Shown here: in pieces, positions 51,201 to 62,441 of the stretch | How positions within the stretch are numbered: position 1 is the stretch's first letter | Layout: every line of letters begins with the position of its first letter | Notes under the pieces: model-generated | Seen by the model: the letters and a program-made list of their open reading frames with translations, nothing else | Told to the model about the DNA's origin: nothing | Databases searched by the model: none | Source: Geosiphon pyriformis uo1 | Lineage: Eukaryota; Fungi; Glomeromycota | Length of the DNA stretch: 64,000 bases | Direction of reading: 5' to 3' | Assembly (NCBI GenBank): GCA_016748015.1 | Contig: JAAOMT010000304.1 | Coordinates: 1-64,000 of the forward strand | Position numbers and translations under genes: made by a program

Positions 51201-52577
51201 ATGTCAAGTCACAAAATTGTCTATAATAATAGCAATTCTAGTGCCAAAAAAAACTACATCCAAACCAGAAGTAAAAATCCAGATTCCATCAAACTTACTC
51301 ATAATCTAAAGCCTAATGTTAGACCTCAATTTTGTCTTAATAACAATAGAAACCAAGTTACCCAAATTCTTATGCCAATGAATAATGTTTTCTTGTTTAG
51401 CAAGAACATTAATATCTTTAATATTACAAGTAATAATCTTTCAAACCAGATTTGTTATTGAGAAAAACCAGCATCAGGAACCAAGCTGATATTATCTATC
51501 TTTGCCATAAGACCCATAACTATAATTAACAAATTCTTTAGAGTTTTCTCTAATTTTGAAATAACTGATGAATCAAAAACCACCACTTTTATAACAGTCT
51601 TATCATTAGTGGCCACACCCAAACTCTCACTTATTACTATATTCACCTCTTGATTTTGTGATAAAGAGGTTACCAATAGCTGACATTTAGAGCTAGGCTG
51701 GAAAACCATTGGCTTAGATGTGTCTAATTTCTTAGCCAATTTATAAATATGCTTGGTGAAACTGATAAGACTGTGCTTAAAAGTGGCAAACTTATCACTC
51801 AAATCTATAGACACCAACAGAATAGGTTTTATCTTTAAAGAGGAGCCAAAGCTTGATAAATTATTATGTAAAGGAAAAAGAGAAAAAGAAGACCTACCAA
51901 CAACTTTTACCCAAGAGACTCCACCAAAAAAAACAGAATAAGCAACTGGCACTAAACATTTGACATAGATAAATGCCAGTCTGTTTTTATTTTTTTCAGA
52001 TAACATCTTATGAAATAGACCACCAAGAAATTTTTTTTCATTAAAGATACAGTCTAATAACATATGACCAAAATTTTCACACTTGGCACACTTAGTAAAA
52101 TTCAGATGAGATCAGCACAAGTTGACATTTTTTAGCACTAACATGGTTTTCATGACAACATCCAAAGAGTTGGCAGAGTCAAAACAAATAGTAACACATC
52201 TGATCCAGACATATATAGCTGGACAATGATTAATGACACATGTTTATCCACCCAAAAAACCAATAAAATCTCAAATGTCATAAGCATTCATTTCTACAAG
52301 CAATATATAAAGCAGCATTTTATGATAATTCCTAGTCTTCCATACTTTTTTGTCCAAATCTGCCCTAGCAATACACATAGCATTTTTTTTGATTAGGATA
52401 GACCAATTTGCTGTGACCAAATCAACATGATCTGAATATTTAAACTCAACTATAGTCTTCTGCCAAAGTTTTACCAACTGTATTTTGATCGACTTAATTA
52501 ACTCAAATTCAGATAGTACAGCACATATAACCTTAGCTAACATTCTAATAGGAATTTTTTTTATTACTACAGTCTGA
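48278..52577 (-). mobile_element. LINE2 (same family as LINE1): 5'-truncated ORF1 with CCHC knuckle, ORF2 endonuclease-RT; 3' part lost
   Basis: ORFs 52271-52543 and 51455-52063 (CAKCENFGHMLLDC), 50704-51021 (SSDFN, LDFIF, DHKAV), 49329-49520 (LQNMCKAYNSV). Confidence 0.9.
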
Positions 52578-55500
52578 TGTTATGGAATAGTTTTTTTGGT
52601 ATATTTAATTGCCAATATTCCATTTTAATTGCAATCAGTTTTTTGTGAGTTCCTAAATTCTATTTGTGTGATAATATTACTGTTATACTAAAAACTTTCT
52701 TTTTAATGTTATAATATAAGTTATTTCTCAATTCCTAATTTTTGTGTGTGTTTATGTACTTCTTCCCAAAGGCTAAACTGAAATCTACCTACTGTCTGGG
52801 GTCTTTTTTAAGACTATTTTTGCAATTGTTTAATGTGTTTTTCTAATTTAGAAACACAAAATATTAATAGTCTTTAGCATTTTTTTTAATTCTTACAATA
52901 AAGCTTTTATCAATTAGTAACAATGTAAATAATTTTGATCAGATATTATTTTTTCAAGAGATTTAGCTGATGAATAATAGTTTTATTTAATAAATAATAC
53001 AAGTAAGTTTCTTAACACTTTGAATTATAATCATTTAGTTTTCAATATTCTTTTTTATTTCTTTTTGATTAAAGGTTTTTGTGAATATTTATTTTTAAAA
53101 GTAAAAACTAGAAGATCATTAAAGTAAAACTGTTGGATGAATTGTTTGATAACTTGTTTTTATGATTTGTTTTTATAACTTGTTAGATGATATTGTTTTT
53201 TTTAATATTAAAGCTACTGTATATATACATGTTTATAGTTCTATAAAAAAACACATTGTAATACTTTTTTTTGGTATTTTAATCTGGTGTTTGCTGCTAT
53301 TACAATCAGAGAAATTTTCTGATTTGTCAATAAAAATCAATTTTTTTATGGTAGTAAAAAAAATTAGAGAAATTTTTGAAAACAATTATAGAACACTAAA
53401 CAAAATTTCTAAAATATTACAACATTTAATTACTCTTTTTCTTTATAAGTTATTACTGTTATTAAAAAACAATGACAGAACTATTATATCTGGCTTGTTG
53501 TTTGTAAGTATTATAAGAGTTTTAATAATAGTTAACATATAGTACAATACTGCTGCTTTTGGTGCTTTGGAGACTGGTAGTGTTTTAGAGGCTGGTAGTG
53601 CTTTGGAAACAGTTGTTGCAGATATTAATAAAGTTACTCTAAATTAAACTTTGGCTAATAAGATTACTTTTTCTTTATATTAGAAGAAAAAATTAACAAA
53701 CCTACAAGTAAAAATAATGGCCCAATGGGATTTTCTAGGAACAAGTTTGTTAATAAAACATTGTTTGAGCAAATCAATTGAGAATAGAATTCGAATTTAT
53801 TTTTTTTTAAGAAAAAAAATGTGACCAGTAATAAACCTCAGAGCATAAAAATTCTAATATATACTTAATAAATATGTTTTTACACTAACTTTGGCATCTG
53901 TAATTAAAAAAAGACTTCATACTAGCAATTATATTTATTATTTGATCAATATTTAGTATTAGCAAGTGAAAATTTGACTGATAGTTTTAAAGATATATTA
54001 AAAATCAATTTTTTGGGGGCAAATAAATTTATGTTAAATGCTTTTTATAATCTAAACATAATCACACAGAATGTAGATTTGAACTTAGACTCAACATATT
54101 ATGTTTTAAAAATAAGTATATATAATATAATAACAGCATTAAAACTAAGCCCAATCTTGATGACTGATAAGATTTTTGTATGTAATCCAAATTTTTTAGT
54201 TTGTAAAAAATATTGCAAATAGGAGTCAATAAAAAGTAGTGGCAAAGAGCCATGTATTAGAAATTATTACTATCAAACAATTGGCAATAGTAGTTACCAA
54301 AGCTTTATAGAACCTATCCAGTGGTTTCTTCTTCAACAACTAATAAATACCTCAACTGTGTGTTTAAATAATGAAACTGGATAGAGTTTAGGATTTTATA
54401 AAACATGTATCAGCATGAAGACCTGACTCATAATCTTTATATTGCAGCCTTAAACAAAAATCTTGCCAAGTATTATATTGAACAATATAAATATTAATGT
54501 TACAATAATCACGATTTATATTTTATGCAACTTCTGAACTACATATATCAAAATCATTATCCACCATAGAAACAATTACATTATGGACATTGGGTTTATA
54601 GTTAACATCTTTAAAAATACAAACATTATGTATTAATTGATTATAGTTCTAATTATAAATGGTAATATACTTAACTCAATATAAACAAAACTGTATATAA
54701 TACAATATATTTCTAACTTTTTGAAAGATATTTATTAGGCTGTCACGCAATTAACTTGATAAGTTTTGAAAACATGATTACTTTAATGAGGTATTAAAAA
54801 GTTTATAATAGATAATAGTTATGAGTTTATTAACAAATTTTCTATTTTTTGATAATCTGTTTTTTTACTTGTTACTAGAATTAGTTTCTATGTACTTAAT
54901 GATGTTTTCTTAATTTATCTTGCTTTAAAAAAGTCTATTCTTTTTATCTGTGCAATTTTACTGAATTTTTTTATTTTTTTGCTTAATATTCATTTATAAT
55001 CAATATCATAAAAAACACGATTAGAGACATTTGGATTTATAAACTGTCTTTTTTATCTGAATTCAAAATCAATTTGATTCAACAATAAAGCTAGAATGTA
55101 TATAAGACTTGTATATTTTACTTTTAAAATATCTGATAACATTAAAAATATTAGTATATAATCTCTCAAATTTGATACAGTTATATGCTGCAATTTCCCA
55201 ATACCATTGTGAAAGTGTAGAAAATATTAATAATTTGAGCATTTTGTTAATTTTTTTAAGTATTACATCATGGTCTTAATGTTGATTTGAAAGTTTAGAT
55301 TAAGAAATTACAATTTTTCTTAAATTAGCTTGCAAACTTCAGGCTTCAATTGTAGCCATTATTTTTTATCAGCAATTTCAATTAATTGGTAAATAAAATA
55401 GCACTAAGTAGACCAAATTAGTGTAAATATTTGTTTAGCTGTGGATCTTAATAAAGACCTATTAAAACAAACTTCAGTGCAAAAGTTAATAATTGCTTAT

Positions 55501-55614
55501 AAATAAAAAAAGACTTGTTTATACTTTAACCTAAATGTGAAATCTGTTTTATTTTGGGCCTATTTTAAGTAATTTTTAACAGATAAATTTTTCTTAGAAA
55601 CAACATATAACCAT
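52578..55614. other. Unassigned, non-repeated AT-rich DNA, possibly decayed host gene(s)
   Basis: No TE motif recognised; patches of protein-like translation; an 18-bp tandem repeat at ~53555-53612. Confidence 0.4.
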
Positions 55615-56722
55615 TGTTACAAGTGATTATTTGAAGTCTTAAAGCAAATAACAAACTTGTAACTTGGTGCTTAATTAATATAATGATGTTGATTTTTGAA
55701 GATGTTATGAATCTGAAGATGTTAGTTGAGTTTTTTGTATAATAAATAGAGATTTACTCTAATTGGTTTTTGGTTGATTTCTCAAGTCATTTTTTCAATT
55801 TTTGTCTTTAGCATGGTGGCCAGTTTAATCTGGCAGTTGTGCTTTTCTAGTAAGCTATCTGTTAATATATGTATAATTCTACCCTTATTTCTGGGTCTTT
55901 TACCAGGCTATCTGTGATGTCAATAATTCAGCACTTAATCTTTAATCAATTAATAAATACAACAAAATAAAGAAAATAAAATAAAATAAATAAAGAAAAA
56001 ATAAAGAAAATAAGCCAAGGCAATTTGCAAGTTAGTATTCTGTCAATAGCTGTAATCAAAAGCTATTGTTCCAGTGTGGTTAAGTATCAGTTACAATCAA
56101 TATGAAGTGTTAATAGTGGAAAGTGGATTGTGATAGTGAATAATTATTTATTGAAATTTATGGTGTAAAAAGTTGCTTAGATTAAATCTAAACTGAAAGG
56201 TCTGTTTTTTCTACTTCTAATGCTACTGCTATATATACATAATTAAGATTCCTCAATTCCTCAATTTTTTATACCAGAAATCCAGTAATTTCTGAAATTC
56301 TGCAATTTTTTTGAGAGGAATCCTGAAATTCCACATTTACTATGACTACTTCTAATTGGCTAATTTATATGTTAATATATTCTTTATATTCTACAAGTAA
56401 CATTATTTTCTCCTTTTAATATTGAGTTCCATTGAGATCTCCTAATTTTAATTCTGTCTTTGAGTATTTTTTGTACTTTTTTTTCAAGAATTATTTGTGC
56501 TATCTTGTTCTGTAATTCTTTAAATTGAGTATTGGTTATTTTTCTTATTTGGTTAATGATAATAAAGTTTATTGCTGGATTGAGTAAGATTTTTGGTCAG
56601 TCTTGAAATCTGGTGTGTAACCAATAAATGGCTTTTGCTTGTGTGATCAAATTGTTTTTCTCCATAAATTGTTCCAGTTGTTGCAATATTGTTGTGTCAA
56701 ATAATTGTTTTGTTTTATTTGT
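55615..56722 (-). mobile_element. Gypsy B6: 3' LTR (55615-56402), PPT and end of ORF3
   Basis: TGTTAC/GTAACA termini; near-identical in reverse complement to 61516-62422. Confidence 0.92.
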
Positions 56723-59700
56723 TATTACAGAGGATTATTTGGGGTGTCGAGTAAATAACAAACCCATAACTTAATGCTCAAAGCAATTGGTAATGATAAT
56801 AATCTGAAGGTATTTTATCTAAAAGTTTTTCAATAGAATTCTTTGTATAATGAACAGAGATTCAATGATAACCGTTTTATCAGTAGTTTCCTGAAACTGT
56901 ATTTTCGTCAATTGCTTGCTCAGCTTGATGGTTGATAATTCTTCTGGTACAATATCCTCCGTAAGTGTATACCAGTGCTGTTTCCTGACATCAGTTTTTC
57001 TGTAAGTCCTCTAAGAGTAAGTGTTGTTTTAAGCAAGTTTATTCCTCTATAAGTCCTCCAAGAATAATCCTTTAATCAAGTTAGTAGACAACAAAAAAAA
57101 TAAAGAAAAGATAAAAGAGAAAATAAGAAATAAGCCAAGGCAATTTGCAAGTTAGTATTCCATCAATAGCCATGATCAAGAGTTATTGTTTCAATATAGT
57201 TAAGTATTAGTTACTATCAACATGAAGTGTTGATAGTGAAGAATGAATTTGATATAGTGAATAATTATTTATTTGAGGATTGTGGTAACTAAGCTAAGGA
57301 TTCTTGGTGTTTTTTTCTGTCTTTTCTGCTTCTAATGCTACTGCTATATATACATATTTGAAATTCCTCAATTTTTCAATTCCTTGCGACAGAAATCCTG
57401 CGATTTTTGATGAGAGGAATTCTGGAATTCTAGAATCCTGCAATTCCTCGCCAGAGAATCCTGAAATTCCTGGAATCCTGCAATTCTTCTGAGAGGAATC
57501 CTAGAATTCCACATTTACTATGTCTACTTTTGATTGGCTAATTTTTACTTGCTAATAATAATATACTTCTTCTATTCTATGAGTAATATTATTCACTCTT
57601 TTTAATATTGAGCTCCGTCAAAATCTAACTGTTTTAATTCCCCCTCTTGAATTATTTCTTGAACTTCTTTTTTGAGTATTACTTGTGCTATTTGAGTTTG
57701 TAGTTCTTTAAATTGGGCATTGGTTATTTTCCCCAATTGATTACTTGTAATTGTATCCATTACTGTGTTGAGTAAAATTTCTGGTTGGTCTTAAAATCCC
57801 CTATATAGCTGGTAAATGGCTCGAGCTTGTGTGGTTAGCTTGTTCTTTCCCACAAATTGTTCCAGTTGTCTTAGTATTGTTGTGTTGAATAATTATTTTG
57901 TTTTGTCAGTGTACAAATTCTGGATATTTACGTGTTGTCTCAAGTGAAAATGACAATAGTTTTTGGAAATTGTTGCATCCACCAAGTCCAAGTTTCTCTG
58001 ATAAGTTCTTGGTATAATCTAACTATTTGTTGTTCTTTCATGGCCAATTTTACTTTGGTCATAATCTTGTTAACAATATTTTTGCATTTTCTCTGTACTT
58101 TGTGTTGTGGTATTCTTACAGTACTTTTGTATCAAATGGTTTATTAATTGATTGTAATTTCCATCTTCTGGTGTTGGATTAATTGAAAGATTTGTTGTGC
58201 TAATAAATGGATGTTGTTGGTAATTTCTATTTTTCTGCATTTTTCTGTCATGTTGGCCATGCCTTTATATATTCTTTTTGTTGATCAATTAGATATGTTG
58301 TTATCAATAATAATGATTGGTTCCAGATCTCGTGGAATCTCATCTGGTTGGATTAGTATTCTCTGTACTCCCAGTTATGAAATATTACTGGTAGATAATG
58401 ATGCTATATGGTGGTATGGTTTCAGTTAATCTCTATGTGCTGCTTTGGTTAAGATTTTGTTATTCAATCTTAATTTGTAAGCTTTATTTCCTAGAATTTC
58501 TTCTATGTAAAATAGTCCATACTATTTGGGGTCAAATTTTCCACTCCATTGTTTTTCCGCTTTGGTACGATGTAGTAGTACTTTGTCTCCAATCTTGAAT
58601 TCAACTGGTTTATCTGGTAGTTGGTTATTATGTCTTTCTTTTTGTTTCTCTTGTGCCCTTTGTATGTTATCAGCTGCTCTTTGTTGTTTGTTTTCTAATG
58701 TTTCTATTAAGTCATATGTTTTTTTCAACAATGTGTTTTTGAAATTCTCTTCTTTTATTGATTTGGTTGAGTATGTGCTGACTTTTATTTCCACTGGTAG
58801 TGTTGCTATTCTATCATATACTAATTCAAATGGTGTTGCTTGTGTAGTATCTTGCTTCATTGTCTGATAAACAAATAGTACTGATGGTATCAACAAATCC
58901 CAATCGTTCTGGTTTTCTTGGCTGAGCTTAATTATTGTTTTACACAATGTTCTGTTGAATCTTTCAACTAATCTGTTGGTTTGTGGATAGTATAGTGATG
59001 ATAATAGTCTCTTAATTCTGAATCTTTGGCTCAATTCTGTTAATGTTCTGTTTACAAAATGCATTCCTTGGTCTGATAATAATTCTTTTAGACATCCATG
59101 TCGACAAATCAAATTCTGATGAACAAATTTGGCAACGGATTCTGCATCTGCTCTTTGAATGGGATTTGTCTCTGGCTATTTAGTGAAATAGTTCATGACT
59201 ACTACTATGTATCTGTTTCCTCTGCTGGTGATTGTTAATGGTTCAACTAAATCAATTTCAATACGGTCAAATGATTGTCTCACTTTGATTGGTCTTAATG
59301 GTTCACTAGGTCTTGTTCCTTCTCTTCGCTGACAAGCATCACAATTTTGAACATATTAGATGATGTCTGGATACATTAATAGCCAATAGTATCTTTTTCT
59401 GGTTCTTTCCATGGTTGCTTCTTTGTAAAAGTGTCCTGCTGTTGGATTTGAGTGCATGTTGTATAATATTGTCTCTTTTTCTGGCTCTGTAATTACTCTG
59501 GTTAGTTGATCTAAATCTCTTCTATTTTTCTGATAAAGTATATTTTGGTGAGTGATAAAATATTTTGATTGTTGTTTGATACTCTTTCATTCTATTTGAG
59601 ATAAATTTTCCTTGAACTGTTGAGTGTTTATATAATGTTGAAGTTGTTGATATTTTTGTATGTTTATCTTTTGTTATATTTTCATTGGTATTGTTCTGGT

Positions 59701-61134
59701 TTTGTTATATTTTCATTGGTATTGTTCTGGTTTTGTTATATTTTTGGGTTTGAGATGTTCTTAGATTTGTCTTATTCACGACAAACTGTCAACATTTCTG
59801 TTGTCTTTTCCTTTTTTATAGTGTATAGTATAAATATATTGTGAGAGTGCCATTTTCTATCTGGATTGGTGGCCATCATCACATTCTTGCTTTTGAAGTG
59901 ATGTTAATCCTTTATGATCCATGTATATATCAAACTTTTGGCTCAAGTATTCATTCCACTTCATGACTGCCCAATAGATTGCTAAGTGTTCTTGTTCTGG
60001 TGTTTCATAGTTTTTTTTGGCTGGTGTTAGACATCAGCTGGCATATACTACTGGATGTTTTCTGCCATCTGGTTCTCTCTGAGATAATACTGCTCCCAAT
60101 GCTTGGCCGAACGCATCAGTGGTAATGATGAATGGTTTGCTGTGATCTGAATAGATTAGTACTGGAACTTAAATGAGCTTTCTTTTTAGAATATCAAAAG
60201 CTTTTTGTTGACTTTCTGTTCATTCATATTTTGTATTCTTTGTTTGTAGTTGGTTGAGTGGCTGTGCTATCTTGAAAAAGTTCTTAATAAAACATTGATA
60301 GTAGTTGGCAAATTCCAAAAATGATTTCAGTTCTGTCATATTGGTTGGCACTGGAAAGTTCTTTACTATCTCTATTTTCTCTGGATTCATTTTGATGCCA
60401 TCTTTGCTGACTATGTGTCCCAAAAATTTTAGTTCTGTCTTGTCAAAGAAGTACTTTGTTGCATTTAACTTTAGTTCTGCTCTTCTTAGTCTTTCGAACA
60501 CTTGTTGTAGATGATGTAAATGATCATCGAATGTCTTTGAGAATACGTTGGTGTCGTCTAAGTAGATGACAACTGATTTCCATAATAAGCCAGTATACAC
60601 GATTTCCATTAGCTATTGGAAAGTGGCTGGGGCATTGATTAAACCAAATAGCATCACTTCAAATTCAAAATTCCCTTCTTTAGTGGTGAATGTTGTTTTT
60701 TCTTTGTCAGTTAGATCCATGGCTACTTGCTAGTAACTACTGTCCAAGTCTAATGTTGAAAATCATTTGTTCCTGCTGAAAGCATTGAATAATTCCTGTA
60801 TTCATGAAGTTGGATAGCTGTCTTCATGAATTACACCATTGAATTTTCTGTAGTCCACACAAAATCGGATTTTGCCATTCTTCTTATGGACAAGTACCAC
60901 TGGTAATGACCATGGGCTTATTGATAGTTGGATTAGCCTATTGTTAAGCATTCAGTTTATCTCTTAACAAATAATCTCATGGCTGGCTGGTGGCACTTTG
61001 TATGCTCTTTGTTTAATTGGCATTGCATCTCTAGTCTTAATTTGATGCTGGATGATGTCAGTTTAGCCAAACTTGTTTTTGCTGTCAAAGATGTCATTGA
61101 ACTGGTTGAGCAACATCTTGAACTGCATATGTTT
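56723..61134 (-). mobile_element. Gypsy B7 nested in B6 ORF3: 3' LTR (56723-57588), ORF3 (57602-58260), integrase, RT-RH; cut off just upstream of RT
   Basis: Least-mutated copy (keeps CpGs); ORFs 58522-59112 (LSDQGMHF, PQTNRLVERFN) and 60220-60609 (IYLDD). Confidence 0.93.
59669..59744. repeat. 31-bp tandem repeat (2 full units plus a partial) in the RNase H-integrase spacer of B7
   Basis: ttttgttatattttcattggtattgttctgg; period 31 (gttata at 59673, 59704, 59735). Confidence 0.9.
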
Positions 61135-61797
61135 TAATTTAATAGCCATAAACTCAAACTTAATTACCAATATTTGAAAAGTTTTTGAGCATATTAAAGA
61201 ACTATCTGGCATTAAAAATGGTAGCTACAGATAAATTGTAATAACATGTAATAAAGTACCTTATTATTGTGCACAAATAATCAAAAAAATTTTTCTTGGC
61301 TTATATTAGTTTCAGGTGCTTTTCATAAAGAGATGAATATGCTAAAAGTATTTGTTGAACTGAATTGAAATATTGATATAAAATACTTTACACAATGTTA
61401 AAAATATCAAAGTAAAAGTCAACTGCAGTTTTTTAAAAAATGTTTTAATCATTATAAGTTATGAGATTTAATATGTAATATATATAAGTATGCAATAGCT
61501 TTCGAATTAATATGGTGTTACTTGTAGAATATAAAGAATATATTAACATATAAATTAACCAATCAGAAGTAGCCATAGTAAATATGGAATTCTAGAATTC
61601 TTCTCAAAAAAATTGCAAAATTCCAGGAATTTCAGAATTTTTGTACAAAGAATTGCAAGATTCCAGAAATTTCAGAATTCTTGTACAAGGAATCACAGGA
61701 TTCCAGAATTCCAGAATTTTTCTTAAAGAAATTGCAAGATTCCAAGAATTTCTGGATTTCTGGTATAAAGAATTGAGGAATTAAGGAATCTTAATTA

Positions 61798-61808
61798 TGT
61801 ATATATAG
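61798..61808 (+). promoter_or_regulatory. Candidate TATA box in family B LTRs (tgtatatatag)
   Basis: Conserved in the family B LTRs directly downstream of the variable U3 repeat module. Confidence 0.55.
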
Positions 61809-62424
61809 CAGTAGCATTAGAAGTAAAAAAAACAAACCTCTCAGTTTAGATTTAATTTAAACAATCTTCCACATTATAAATTTCAATAAATAATTATTCA
61901 CTATTACAATTCACTCTTTACTATCAATACTTTATGTTGATAGTAACTGATATTTAACCATACTAAAACAATAGCTCTTAATTATGGCTATTGATGAGAT
62001 ACTAAATTGCAAATTGCCTTAGCTTATTTTTTTTATCTTTTTTTTATCTTTTTTATTTTATTTTCTTTATTTTGTTGTATTTACTAATTGATTGAAAATT
62101 AAGTGTTGAATTATTAACATCACGGATAGCCTGGTAAAAAACCCAGAAATAAGAGTAGAATTATACATATATTAACAAATAGCTTATTAGAAGGGCATGA
62201 CTGCCAGATTAAATCGGCTACCACATTAAAAACAGAAATTGGGAAAATGACTTGAGAAATCAACCAAAAACCAACCAGAGTAAATCTCTGTCTATTATAC
62301 AAAGAACTTAACTAACACCTTCAGATCCATAACATCTTTAAAAATCAACATTATTATATTAATTAAGCACCAAGTTACAGATTTGTTATTTGCTTTGAGA
62401 TCCCAAATAATTACTTATAACATT

Positions 62425-62441
62425 TGGTGCTCCCTGTGAAA
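62425..62441 (+). promoter_or_regulatory. Primer-binding site of family B
   Basis: TGG 2 nt after the LTR; same motif after the B2 and B5 5' LTRs; consensus TGGTGCTCCCYGTGAGG. Confidence 0.85.

Noticed and set aside
52578-52600. TGTTA at 52578 as an LTR terminus
   Set aside because: There is no partner terminus, PBS or PPT; ordinary 5' truncation of LINE2 explains the boundary.
57148-57240. Hammerhead ribozyme or spliceosomal 3' splice site (TACTAAC plus pyrimidine tract) in the LTR block
   Set aside because: There is no CUGANGA/GAAA core on either strand, and no AG acceptor is conserved shortly after TACTAAC (present in only one copy).
57602-58260. ORF3 as a retroviral-type env
   Set aside because: It is too short, and no signal peptide, furin site or transmembrane helix is visible.
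57932-59844. Hydrophobic plus-strand ORFs (e.g. 57932, 58211, 58526, 59620) as membrane proteins
   Set aside because: They are antisense shadows of A-rich retroelement coding strands; the same holds for many other Phe/Leu/Ile-rich ORFs in the track.
61587-61785. GGAATTC-rich array as a CRISPR-like locus
   Set aside because: These are degenerate tandem units without unique spacers, inside an LTR of a eukaryotic chromosome.
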